Positions 38,145 through 48,119 of a stretch of 64,000 nt of DNA are shown here, piece by piece. A program made the translations under genes and the position numbers. Within the stretch, counting starts at the first letter, position 1, and each line of letters begins with the position of its first letter. Source of the DNA: Promethearchaeota archaeon (GTDB lineage: Archaea; Asgardarchaeota; Hermodarchaeia; Hermodarchaeales; Hermodarchaeaceae); assembly GCA_048939625.1 (NCBI GenBank), contig JBHLPH010000005.1:1-64000 (forward strand). Direction: 5' to 3'. The notes under the pieces are model-generated. The model searched no databases and was not told the origin of the DNA. It was given only the letters and a program-made list of their open reading frames with translations.

Positions 38145-41100
38145 TTATGATTCGCTTGAATCAAAATCAACTTTCTTCTTTCGCTTTTGGAGTTTGGGTT
38201 TTAGTACAGGCTCTTCAAGCTGTAAACCTTTCATTCGAGCCATCAGTTTCTTTATTGTTGCTTCTCGTTCTTCAGGAGTCATGATTATCAATTGTTGGAC
38301 TAATGCATCTTTGTCATCATCACTTATTACAGAGAACTGTTCAAGTCCTTCGCGGAGTACGGCAACCAATGATGCTTGTTCGACAGGACTTAACTGGCGT
38401 TCCTCAGATGTTTTCACAGGCAGATCTTCAGCTTCAGCTTTAACGTCACCCGTCTTGAGATAATCAAAGCGACCTTCCGCCATTTGCCGTTTCATATCTT
38501 CCATGAACCAAACTCGATCTTTCGCTGGAATCTTTTTCATCTGTTCAAAGAGCTGCTCTTTTTGCTTCTCGCCAAGACCTTCAAGGTGTTCAAGTTCGAT
38601 TAAAATTGCATCATCTTCTGACCTTCGCTCTATAGGAAGTTCAGCCAGAGGGAGAACTATTGGTTGAATTTCAAGACTCGTTGCTTCATAAGAAGGTGTC
38701 ATAATTGTAATCAATTGATTGTCACGGTCTTGAATTCGATGTATATCGCCTTTTGAAAGAGAAGGAGTGTGTCCACGGTCAATTGATTTACTCATCTTCC
38801 GCATTTTTCGGACAATCCAAGGAATTGAGTAAACCCTAGCATAAGCAAGCCAAATGAGTAGAGCAATGATTAAAACGACACCAATAATTGCTCCAGCTTG
38901 AATCGCGCTTCTCGCTACGGGACTTAGACTCACAATGAGAGTAGCCGATCTTTGTGATTGGGCATATTTCGGTGCCGCAGCTGACTCGATTGTAATTGGA
39001 GATGTTCCTTCAATTAATGCAGATAAACCAGATAGCGTATAGGTTCCATCTCCATTATTTACCATTGGTCGTAACTCTAGACCAAGGCTGGGAATAGTCA
39101 CATAAAGCGTTGCATCAGAGATGATGATGTTATGATAAGTATCTCTAAACGTTACATGGAGGGTGAAGGTATCACCTGTAAAGATGGTTATTGTATCTGG
39201 TAATCCTGTGATTTCAGTAGGTACTTGTATTACATTTAATTGGAAATAGGGAGCAGTGGCGGTTTCGAAGTTATGACGAGAGAGTGATATGGAAATTCCG
39301 TACAACCCTGGAGTTACGTCTGTGAGATTGATTTGGGCTACATAGAGTTCATCGATAAATTGTAGCCTACCACTACCCAATTCCCAAGAATAAGAACCCG
39401 TAGCATTGAAAATTATATTTCCATCAGCATCTGTAAAATTGAAATAAAGCCATAGCATATCCCCACGCGGAACATCCCAAGCTGTTCCATCTAGTGGGAT
39501 GATAATTTCCGCGTCATCTAATTCGGTATAAATTTCCTCAATAATCAATGTTGTTTGACGAGGTTGGATGTTTAATCCAATTGATGTGATTGCGAATTGA
39601 TACCCTTCATGATCACAGCTGAGGGTCAGTTGGTACACACCGACGGCAAAAATATCACTTGGAAGAGAGGTATTATACCAACCAGAGATGCCTGTTGGTT
39701 GTAGTGTCCCAGAAAGATTACCCCAGTTATAATGGATTGTTGCTCCTATTATTGGCTGTAGATTATTGTCATAGAATTCAGCAAGCACGGTGAAACTATC
39801 ACCCCATTCTACAAGGATGACAGGTGTATCTGATTCAAGGTAAGCAGGCATCACAATAAGAGCAACTGAAACGGTACGGAGTTGTTCGATAACGTTTGGA
39901 TGACTTGCAGTGATATAGATTGTATATTGGCCTGCATCTAGCCCTGAAGAGTTGATTATTACGCGAAAAGTAAATCCACTCACATAAGGTATAGTCGCAT
40001 TTCCTCCAGCCCAATTAAAGTAGACCGTCGCATTTGGTAATGCAGCACCATAAATGGTGCTGAAATTAGCAGATACTTGGAAAGAGTCACCTGCCACGAT
40101 TGCTGAAGCGGGTCCTTGCACAGTTAGAGTAGAATCAATTGGGAGAATATTTAGTAAAATGATTCCAATGCTGGTTTGATAATTAGGAAGATTACTCGCT
40201 TCAATTGTTACGAGATATGTCCCAACACTCTGATTGGCAAGGAAAGAAATATTGTATATTCCACTCCCCATAAAAACCAAATTCTCCGGATTAAGTCCTG
40301 CCCAATAGTAAGTAACCTGTGTATTGTTCATTAAACGGTCATATATGTCAGTGACACGAACTGAGATATTTACCGCAGTTTGGTATTCAGTGGTCCACGG
40401 TGAACTAGAAAGCACTTCTACATGAAGTAGTAATGGATTAATGGTGAATTGAACATGTTGCTCAGCCGTATCATAGTAAGAGAGAGAATACCGTATTGTG
40501 AAATTCGCTAGACCGATATCCTCTGCAGAACTGTTAATTTGTAGTAAGTATGTGCCATCTGAAAAATTTTGAACAATTGACCAAGATGGCCAGCTCAACC
40601 ATACCATTACTGACCCACCATACAATACGACGTCATTGTCGATATCGTGGTATGTCGCATTGAGGTAGAATAAATCGCCCCAATATACGAAGCTATCGAA
40701 ATCTAATTCGAGCGTTGTTTGGATTGATCGGACATACCCACTAATTGGAAGAGAATGGTTTTGGTAATAGGGTACAACGTTAGACCATGTTACATTGACT
40801 AGGAATCGATACCAGGCGTTTACCTCGATGAAATTATGAGTGCGAATGGTTATGAGATATCCGTTTAGACCGTTATTGAGCATCGTGAGTGTGAAATTCA
40901 AACTTACTGCTGGATGCGAAGTACAGGCGAGTGTAATGTGAACATACCCGGAGACGTTATGAATTGCAGCGCTGGTTTCACTGTCATTGTAAAATATAAT
41001 GAAAGTGAGGTTCTCGAGATAGGGAACAGGCTGTGGAGGAGCGAACGAGACGTAGGTGTTCCTACCCCGTAAATTGAATTGAACAGAAATCTGTTGTGAT

Positions 41101-44100
41101 TCAAAATGGAGGGCATTCAAAGTAATTAGAATTGTATATGAGCCTGCATCTCGATTGGTGGTGTTCAGTTCAACGATATATGTTCCGTTTTGATAATCAA
41201 AAATCGTGTAATAACCAGAATCCCAATCTGCGGTGATAAAAGCCCCAAGAACATATCCTCCATGATCAGTATCAAGGTAATCTATAGTGATACTGAGATT
41301 TACTCCCCAAGGATGTGAAGAGACATATAATGGATCAGCAGCATTATCTGTTTGAATGTCTCGAAGAGTGATTCTAACTTGGAGGTTTTGACTTGCGTAA
41401 TGCAACCAGGTTAGGGTGACTTGAGTTATATACAGACCATTTCCCCGGCAAGTAGTATTGAATTGGATGAGATATGTTCCATTACCAAAAGAGAAGATGG
41501 AGTAATAACTAGCGTTCCAATTAGTCGAAATCAATGCATTTGTGACATATCCCCCGTGATCAAGATCGAGATAATTGATTCGAACCGTGACATTATCACC
41601 CCAAGGATGCGAAGGAAAGACAGTGCTGTCAGCCTCAAAGTCGGTTTGGATATTGCGGAGAATAAGATCAACTTGGAGATTCTGGCTAATATAATGAATC
41701 AAAGAAACGTTGATGTCAATTGAATGACTTCCTACATCACGACAGGTAGTATTTATTTGAACAAGATAAGTGCCATTCTCAAGATCATAGATAGTGTAGT
41801 AGCCAGCATCCCAATTTAGAGCTAACAAAGCGCCTGAGATGTAAGTTCCGTGATCAAAATCAATGTATTCGATTTTTATTGTAACATTGTCCCCCCATGG
41901 ATTTGAGGGAATGTATGCTGGATTAACAGTGTATCCTGTTTGGATATTGCGTAATGTGAGATCAACTTCAACCAGTTGACTAACATAATGCAATTTATCC
42001 AAAATAATTTCAATGGAGTGTGTACCAGTTATGCGACAAGTCGTGTTCAGTTCAATCAAGTAGGTTCCATTACCGAGATTATAGATGGTGTAATAGCTTG
42101 CATTCCAATCTACGGTAATTAGTGCGTTTAGCACAAAACTACTGTGATCTTGATCCAAATATTCAATGCGGATGGTGACGTTATCTCCCCACGGATGAGA
42201 CCAGAAATAAGCAGGATCCACGCTTATGTCCGTTAGGATATTCCTAAGGGTCAAATCAATTTCCACTACTTGTGCAACATAATGACTTCGACTGAGCATA
42301 ATCTGGATAACATGAACTCCAATTTCACGGCAGGTTGTGTTGATTACTAAAAGATAGGTTCCGTTGCCAAGCCAGTAGATGGTGTGAAAGCTTGCATTCC
42401 AATTCGTGTCAACCTCAGCGAAGGGAATGTATACTCCATGATCTAAATCTAGGTAATGGACACGAATTGTGAGGTTATCACCCCAAGGCTGTGATGGAAT
42501 GAATAAGGGGTCAGCTTGATAATTGGTCTGAATACTTCGACTAACGAAGCTTTGGAGTGTCATGAAAGTCTGATAATGGGCTTTGCTTGCATAGATGTGG
42601 AGCGTATAGCTTCCTTCCAGTCGACTTTCAGTACGAATAGTAAGAATGTATACGCCTGATGAAGGATTGTAGAGATAACCCCAATAAAACGCGTCCCAAT
42701 CACATGTGAAGGTAGCATCAGGAATTGGATTAAAGTTATCATCGGTATCATTGAAGGTTAGTGTAATTACGAGAGTGTCACCCCAAGGTACGGAGGTGCC
42801 AGGATCAACAGATGTTATGTAAAGGGCTGTTAATCGGTCTCGAACCTGGAATGAAATCGATACTTGGGCAGTATCATAATGAGTTTTTGCAAAGCCAAAA
42901 TTAATCGAATAACTCTGAGATCCAGTGGCAACTTTACTTGTGTTGAGAGTGATTGTATAGGTTCCGTTGCCATAATCATAAATCCAGTAATCCACACCCA
43001 GAATATTATCGAGCCAACTAAATTCGATTGAAGCAGCACTTATTCCGATAAATCCATGATCCGTATCATTGAAAACTAATACAATTGTAACATTTTCTCC
43101 CCAAGGTACTGAACCAGACACAGCGGAGCCAGATGCGAAGGTTTTGATTGGGCGGATTGTTATTTCGAAGTATTGATTCTGAGTTGTATAGTTAGTTCGG
43201 CTGAAGTACACCGTGACATAGAAAGTGGCCTCTGTAACATTACCCCAGAAGTTTATTGCATATGTTCCATTGAGAAAGTTTTGGATTGAATACTTACCCG
43301 ATGCATAACCCTCAACTATTACGGTTGCATCTGTGATGAAGATGGGAGTTCCTGTAACGATATCCGTGAAGTTGAAAACGACTACAAAGTCATCATCATA
43401 AGGAATTTCCGCGGTAGATCGGGGATGGTCTTTCGTCAACTGAGTAACTCGAGACTCAACGATAATTCGAATTTTGATGGTTTGAGCTGCATGCGCGCTT
43501 CGAGTAGCGTTCACATAAAGATCTGTTTGCCCTAAGCCCACAGTGGTCGAGTTGAGAATATAGTAATAGTAGCCATTCGTTGTCTCAGTGAGTGGGATTA
43601 AACTGGTGCCAATGAGAATCTGTACATTTGCCCCAGTAACACCAGTTGATGTACTTTCATTGATGTATCGGACAGTGATATTGAATAATTCATTCCAGTA
43701 GACATGCGCTGTGTAAACGTCCGTATCATTATCGAACTGAGTCCAACCGTCACTCGTTCCTGAAGGAGGATAATTAATCTGGGTTCTTTCGGCATCAAGA
43801 TTTGTAGCAAAAGAAACAATTCTAATGATTATAGTGAAGTTTTGCCATTCATACTCCCAGCTATAAGAACCGACAACACGCATAGTTACAACATATTTGA
43901 CTGCTTCAACATCTCCATATGACGAATCATACCAGATGAAGACTGTAGGGTCTACTCCATCGGGGACGAAATCTCCAGTTCCAATGAGGGTCCAGCTTGT
44001 CTCATCAGCAGGGTCTTCATAATAGGTGTAATTGACACGAACGTTATCCTTCCAAATTCCCGAGTCATTTCGAACATATGTACTAAAATATGGATCATAA

Positions 44101-46229
44101 AAACGCACTTGACTTGTATACCCTTGATCTCGGGTCGTTTCTGCTGTGTATTCATTAGGTCCAGTCAATTGAGTAGGTTTAATCATGACATACTCTAAAT
44201 CATTGACTAGATTGATGGTTAGGGATAGGTGTGTGCCAGTATCATAAGTAGCATTCACATATCCATACCGGAAGAGTTCTACATAGACTTCTGCTGTCTG
44301 ACTCGGACTGATTGAATCGGTATCAAAAAGCAGTGAATATGCGCCGTATCCATTTGGTGTCATTGATTCATATTGCACTTGGAAATTGCGATCAATATAG
44401 CGAAGGCGGGCTGAAGCGTCCGTGATAAAGTCTAAAGTGTCATTATTCTGCCAGGTAACATTAACAAGAACTGTATCATCCCATATTACTCGTTGTTGGT
44501 TGACCGGGGAGATTTTAGTTGCTCGACTTGGAATAACAACTGTAAATGCTTCTTTTCGCATACCGCACTGAGTGGCATTATGAAAAGCCACCGTTGCGAG
44601 CCATGCACTTCCGGCATCCATTTCCTGGATACTGGGTATTTTCCAACCAGAACTTGTCAATGTCTCATTTTGATCATGGAATGTTGGTGAGGTTTCAGAT
44701 TTCCATAGAGTTTGGTTCGGGTAAAAGAAAGTGATATTCGCAAAGTTTCCTGTGGCTCCGAATGGACGTAATTGAGCCTTAAGGCGAATCCAGTCATTCG
44801 AAACAAAATATTCTCCTGAACTTACATTGGCCCAACCATTCACACCGTTTGAACTCTTTTGAAGGAATACTTGGAGAATATAATTGAGACTTATGGCATA
44901 AATCGAATATACTTGGTCAGATTGAACGACATCGTCATCTAATTTCACGAACCGACTAGAAGAATTATAGCTGTAGGCAGTTATCGATTGTCCTGTTTCA
45001 TTTTTTACTTCACTTAAGCTCCACAAGGATTCAAGATAAACTCCAAAGGAATAGCCGGTATGTCCACTTGGAGGTTGATTGCTTGTGTAGTTTATTTCCC
45101 AAATTGGATTGGCATCTACTGGAGCAGAAAAGGTGGTTGTCGCTTGGGTTGAGGATTGGTGCTTGATATACATCGAATATGAATAGTCAAAGGTGATAGT
45201 GAAGGAGGAATTGAATTGGAAGTTTTGAGTTGTGGACCAGCAATCCACAAGAGGGGTTTCTTCACGACTAGCAGGATCTGCATAGATGGTTATACTTCCA
45301 GTTTGGGCACCAGTATCCGAAATGGATTCATCATTCAGTGTGAGTGAAACCTCACTCGGTTTACTTGGAGTTTTCAAGACATACTGAAAATTATCAAAGT
45401 AGATGTGCCCATCAACGGAACTCCATTTAGATCCACCTTCCTTTTTCACTGTTATTCGAAGAGTGGCCGTGCCATTAATTGGAGTGGTGGTCATTGAGTG
45501 ATGGTCCCAACTCGTTGGATGATAACTACTAGTATTTTGTTGCCAGCTAGCAATGATCGAGGCTTGATATTCCAGAGTTACATTCACAAAGAGCCAGCTC
45601 TGTTGAGTAATATCATTAGAGAATTTGATATCAAACGAGAAGTTGAGGTTTGATGGAGAGATTGCTGACGTGTATTCAAATTCGCTTTCAAGATAGGCGA
45701 TTGCGGTGGTTAATCGTGTCCACCAATAGCGCAGGGTAATATCCATACAATCTCCGGTGGTCCCTCCTGTATTATTATCGATACTGTCGATAATTCGGTT
45801 GGCGTCGTTGTAAGGAACCTTACCATTTTGGGTCAGTGTCCAATTCTGTACTTCTTGATCGATATCACTGCCAGCAATGTGAAAATCTTCATTATACTTA
45901 TCAAAATCGCCGTTAGGAATTGGATCTTCCGTTCGGATGAGATTTGAAACACTTGTAACTAGTTGATATCCGCTATAACCCGGGTAAAACCAACTAGCAT
46001 CATAATCGAAAGTTGTAGAGTTGATTCCATCAGTAAAACTTGCACTATCATTGCGAGCAAACTCAAAAACATTGATTGACCCCCCACTTCCAGTATATGG
46101 TGAATTAGGCGGAGCACTACCGTAGACAGGAGAAATTGGATTCTCTGAAAATGAACCAAAAGATATGAAGGCGAAAAACAAGATTGCTGTCAACAGACGT
46201 ATTTTCATATTCCCCATATGTATCACCAA
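38145..46229 (-). CDS. Giant (2694 aa) single-pass surface glycoprotein with tandem Ig-like repeats and a ~230-aa cytoplasmic tail
   Basis: Signal peptide; many N-x-S/T sequons; repeated GNGTY and PWGD units; TM followed by IPWIVRKMRKM and a charged helical tail. Confidence 0.85.
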   Translation of the reverse strand: MVIHMGNMKIRLLTAILFFAFISFGSFSENPISPVYGSAPPNSPYTGSGGSINVFEFARNDSASFTDGINSTTFDYDASWFYPGYSGYQLVTSVSNLIRTEDPIPNGDFDKYNEDFHIAGSDIDQEVQNWTLTQNGKVPYNDANRIIDSIDNNTGGTTGDCMDITLRYWWTRLTTAIAYLESEFEYTSAISPSNLNFSFDIKFSNDITQQSWLFVNVTLEYQASIIASWQQNTSSYHPTSWDHHSMTTTPINGTATLRITVKKEGGSKWSSVDGHIYFDNFQYVLKTPSKPSEVSLTLNDESISDTGAQTGSITIYADPASREETPLVDCWSTTQNFQFNSSFTITFDYSYSMYIKHQSSTQATTTFSAPVDANPIWEINYTSNQPPSGHTGYSFGVYLESLWSLSEVKNETGQSITAYSYNSSSRFVKLDDDVVQSDQVYSIYAISLNYILQVFLQKSSNGVNGWANVSSGEYFVSNDWIRLKAQLRPFGATGNFANITFFYPNQTLWKSETSPTFHDQNETLTSSGWKIPSIQEMDAGSAWLATVAFHNATQCGMRKEAFTVVIPSRATKISPVNQQRVIWDDTVLVNVTWQNNDTLDFITDASARLRYIDRNFQVQYESMTPNGYGAYSLLFDTDSISPSQTAEVYVELFRYGYVNATYDTGTHLSLTINLVNDLEYVMIKPTQLTGPNEYTAETTRDQGYTSQVRFYDPYFSTYVRNDSGIWKDNVRVNYTYYEDPADETSWTLIGTGDFVPDGVDPTVFIWYDSSYGDVEAVKYVVTMRVVGSYSWEYEWQNFTIIIRIVSFATNLDAERTQINYPPSGTSDGWTQFDNDTDVYTAHVYWNELFNITVRYINESTSTGVTGANVQILIGTSLIPLTETTNGYYYYILNSTTVGLGQTDLYVNATRSAHAAQTIKIRIIVESRVTQLTKDHPRSTAEIPYDDDFVVVFNFTDIVTGTPIFITDATVIVEGYASGKYSIQNFLNGTYAINFWGNVTEATFYVTVYFSRTNYTTQNQYFEITIRPIKTFASGSAVSGSVPWGENVTIVLVFNDTDHGFIGISAASIEFSWLDNILGVDYWIYDYGNGTYTITLNTSKVATGSQSYSINFGFAKTHYDTAQVSISFQVRDRLTALYITSVDPGTSVPWGDTLVITLTFNDTDDNFNPIPDATFTCDWDAFYWGYLYNPSSGVYILTIRTESRLEGSYTLHIYASKAHYQTFMTLQSFVSRSIQTNYQADPLFIPSQPWGDNLTIRVHYLDLDHGVYIPFAEVDTNWNASFHTIYWLGNGTYLLVINTTCREIGVHVIQIMLSRSHYVAQVVEIDLTLRNILTDISVDPAYFWSHPWGDNVTIRIEYLDQDHSSFVLNALITVDWNASYYTIYNLGNGTYLIELNTTCRITGTHSIEIILDKLHYVSQLVEVDLTLRNIQTGYTVNPAYIPSNPWGDNVTIKIEYIDFDHGTYISGALLALNWDAGYYTIYDLENGTYLVQINTTCRDVGSHSIDINVSLIHYISQNLQVDLILRNIQTDFEADSTVFPSHPWGDNVTVRINYLDLDHGGYVTNALISTNWNASYYSIFSFGNGTYLIQFNTTCRGNGLYITQVTLTWLHYASQNLQVRITLRDIQTDNAADPLYVSSHPWGVNLSITIDYLDTDHGGYVLGAFITADWDSGYYTIFDYQNGTYIVELNTTNRDAGSYTILITLNALHFESQQISVQFNLRGRNTYVSFAPPQPVPYLENLTFIIFYNDSETSAAIHNVSGYVHITLACTSHPAVSLNFTLTMLNNGLNGYLITIRTHNFIEVNAWYRFLVNVTWSNVVPYYQNHSLPISGYVRSIQTTLELDFDSFVYWGDLFYLNATYHDIDNDVVLYGGSVMVWLSWPSWSIVQNFSDGTYLLQINSSAEDIGLANFTIRYSLSYYDTAEQHVQFTINPLLLHVEVLSSSPWTTEYQTAVNISVRVTDIYDRLMNNTQVTYYWAGLNPENLVFMGSGIYNISFLANQSVGTYLVTIEASNLPNYQTSIGIILLNILPIDSTLTVQGPASAIVAGDSFQVSANFSTIYGAALPNATVYFNWAGGNATIPYVSGFTFRVIINSSGLDAGQYTIYITASHPNVIEQLRTVSVALIVMPAYLESDTPVILVEWGDSFTVLAEFYDNNLQPIIGATIHYNWGNLSGTLQPTGISGWYNTSLPSDIFAVGVYQLTLSCDHEGYQFAITSIGLNIQPRQTTLIIEEIYTELDDAEIIIPLDGTAWDVPRGDMLWLYFNFTDADGNIIFNATGSYSWELGSGRLQFIDELYVAQINLTDVTPGLYGISISLSRHNFETATAPYFQLNVIQVPTEITGLPDTITIFTGDTFTLHVTFRDTYHNIIISDATLYVTIPSLGLELRPMVNNGDGTYTLSGLSALIEGTSPITIESAAAPKYAQSQRSATLIVSLSPVARSAIQAGAIIGVVLIIALLIWLAYARVYSIPWIVRKMRKMSKSIDRGHTPSLSKGDIHRIQDRDNQLITIMTPSYEATSLEIQPIVLPLAELPIERRSEDDAILIELEHLEGLGEKQKEQLFEQMKKIPAKDRVWFMEDMKRQMAEGRFDYLKTGDVKAEAEDLPVKTSEERQLSPVEQASLVAVLREGLEQFSVISDDDKDALVQQLIIMTPEEREATIKKLMARMKGLQLEEPVLKPKLQKRKKKVDFDSSES
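41071..42540 (-). repeat. Five tandem 294-nt (98-aa) intragenic repeats
   Basis: PWG codons recur at about 42481, 42187, 41893, 41599 and 41305 (period 294 nt). Confidence 0.8.
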
Positions 46230-46378
46230 CTAGTGAGAAGTAGCGTCTTCAGTCCCCGCTGCTAAGCCGCTTCTTCTAGGCTTAGGAACGGAATTTAAAT
46301 AGATTTTGTGAAATGCACATCTAAGTGAACGAGCATCAATTTTTCGTAACATGAAAAATAATTATATGACAAACCCAG

Positions 46379-47371
46379 TTGGAGAACAGGATTTCAATTA
46401 TGACAGTCAAGCGATTCAATCTTGTTGTTGTTGGGCATCTCACAATTGATCTCACGAAATTTGGTGACAAAGAACGGAAGGGGTTAGGTGGCCCACCAGC
46501 ATATGCAATGGTAACCTCAGCCTTGGGCTTAAAAAATGTTGGAATTGTGTCTCGAATTGGGAAAGACTTTCCACAAGAATACTATGATACTCTAATCGAT
46601 TCTGGATTGGATCTTGAGGGTATTATACGAAATGAAGAGACGACTCAATTTACTAACATATACGACCAAAATGGTGATCGAACTCAATTCGCAAGCCATG
46701 TAGCACCTCGTTTGACCAGTTCCGATATCCCTAAACCGTACTGGAACACTAATTGGATGCATTTCAGCCCAGTCATTGGAGAAGTCGATCCTGCCCTCAT
46801 TTCAGAAGCAAGGGGACATGAGGTTAAGGTATCAGTGGATGCGCAAGGATTTGTCCGTACAGTAAAAAAGAAAGACAACACCATTCAGGGCTGTGACTGG
46901 AAAGGATTTTCAGAATATTCAAAGATGATTCAGATTCTTAAAGCAGATACGAATGAACTCTGTCAACTCGCCAAAAAGGTTCATTTCAAAGAAGCTGCCC
47001 ATTCAATTCACCAAAGAGGAGTTCCTATCATCCTGATAACTCGAGGTTACAAGGGAGCCTACCTTTCGCAAAAAGATAGTCTAAATAAAATTCCAATAAT
47101 CCCCGTGGAGCGAGTAATCGACCATACCGGGAGTGGCGATGTCTTTGCCCTCAGTTTTGTTAGAGAATATGAAAGTACCCAACGCCCTCTATGGTCTGCA
47201 TATTTTGCAACAACAGCGGCATCCTTTAATCTAGAATCGCCAGGCCCAACGAATTTTCCTTCCTACAAGGAAGTTTTGCATCGACTCCGAGCATTTCTTA
47301 CCCTGCCTGAAAACCGTGAGCAAACGGAACTACTGTTGAACGAACCAGGACCTGGTCACTGTCCCCTCTAA
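46379..47371 (+). CDS. PfkB-family carbohydrate kinase
   Basis: GHLTID, LGGPPAY, ITRGYKGA, DHTGSGDVF. Confidence 0.85.
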   Translation: MENRISIMTVKRFNLVVVGHLTIDLTKFGDKERKGLGGPPAYAMVTSALGLKNVGIVSRIGKDFPQEYYDTLIDSGLDLEGIIRNEETTQFTNIYDQNGDRTQFASHVAPRLTSSDIPKPYWNTNWMHFSPVIGEVDPALISEARGHEVKVSVDAQGFVRTVKKKDNTIQGCDWKGFSEYSKMIQILKADTNELCQLAKKVHFKEAAHSIHQRGVPIILITRGYKGAYLSQKDSLNKIPIIPVERVIDHTGSGDVFALSFVREYESTQRPLWSAYFATTAASFNLESPGPTNFPSYKEVLHRLRAFLTLPENREQTELLLNEPGPGHCPL

Positions 47372-47426
47372 GATTCAATCTAGCGTCAATCGTAGTAACA
47401 AATTCGTAGAGTGTCCGTAAAGTTTA

Positions 47427-47457
47427 TATCGGTATCCGATAGTATCGCTTTCCGATA
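47427..47457. promoter_or_regulatory. Tandem palindromic operators (TATCG-N5-CGATA twice) overlapping the TATA box of the padR-ABC operon
   Basis: TATCGGTATCCGATA (47427-47441) and TATCGCTTTCCGATA (47443-47457) directly after TTTATA. Confidence 0.65.
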
Positions 47458-47492
47458 TTCCCTTCATCGACACATATTTGGTTGTTTAGGAC

Positions 47493-48119
47493 ATGCACCC
47501 CAAACTACATGAACACCCATCGGAATCTTCAAGCACCGTCAAATCTCTCGGGAAAGGGTATATGCGTGCGATTATACTTGCATTATTAGCAGAGCAGCCA
47601 CGATATGGCTATGAAATACTCTACACGCTCGCAGAATCTAGTGATGGGTGGCGACCATCTCCAGGCACAATCTATCCAATTCTCCATGACCTACATGAGC
47701 GTGGATGGATTATGAAAAAAGAGAGTGCGCAAGAAGGTCGACGCCGCATCATTTACCGCATCGGAGCAAAAGGAAAGCGCCATCTTGAACATGACGCAAT
47801 GGAGCACGCTCGCTTTGTAGCGATGATGCGCAATATTCTCATCAAACATGGTGGTCCACACTTTCCTGGACCCCCTGCGTTCAATGTGGATAAGGCATTA
47901 CAACGATTACAAAATTTTAATTTGATTCTTGATGAGGCGCCATTGCTTCCTCAAGATATTGCATCGAACGATCCAGAAAGCCTTGTATTATTAAAGCGTC
48001 GACTTCGGTTGTTAAAAAACCACCAGATAAACATTGGGAAAGCAATTCAAAATGTCCAGAAGGAAATTCAAAACCGCGAGGAGAATTCCTCGCATCATAT
48101 ATCAGAAGTGGAGAAGTGA
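47493..48119 (+). CDS. PadR-family transcriptional regulator
   Basis: IILALL...PRYGYEI, PSPGTIYPIL, RRRIIYRI...G. Confidence 0.88.
   Translation: MHPKLHEHPSESSSTVKSLGKGYMRAIILALLAEQPRYGYEILYTLAESSDGWRPSPGTIYPILHDLHERGWIMKKESAQEGRRRIIYRIGAKGKRHLEHDAMEHARFVAMMRNILIKHGGPHFPGPPAFNVDKALQRLQNFNLILDEAPLLPQDIASNDPESLVLLKRRLRLLKNHQINIGKAIQNVQKEIQNREENSSHHISEVEK

Noticed and set aside
41071-42540. CRISPR array or mobile repeat
   Set aside because: The repeats are 294-nt degenerate in-frame coding units with no spacer structure
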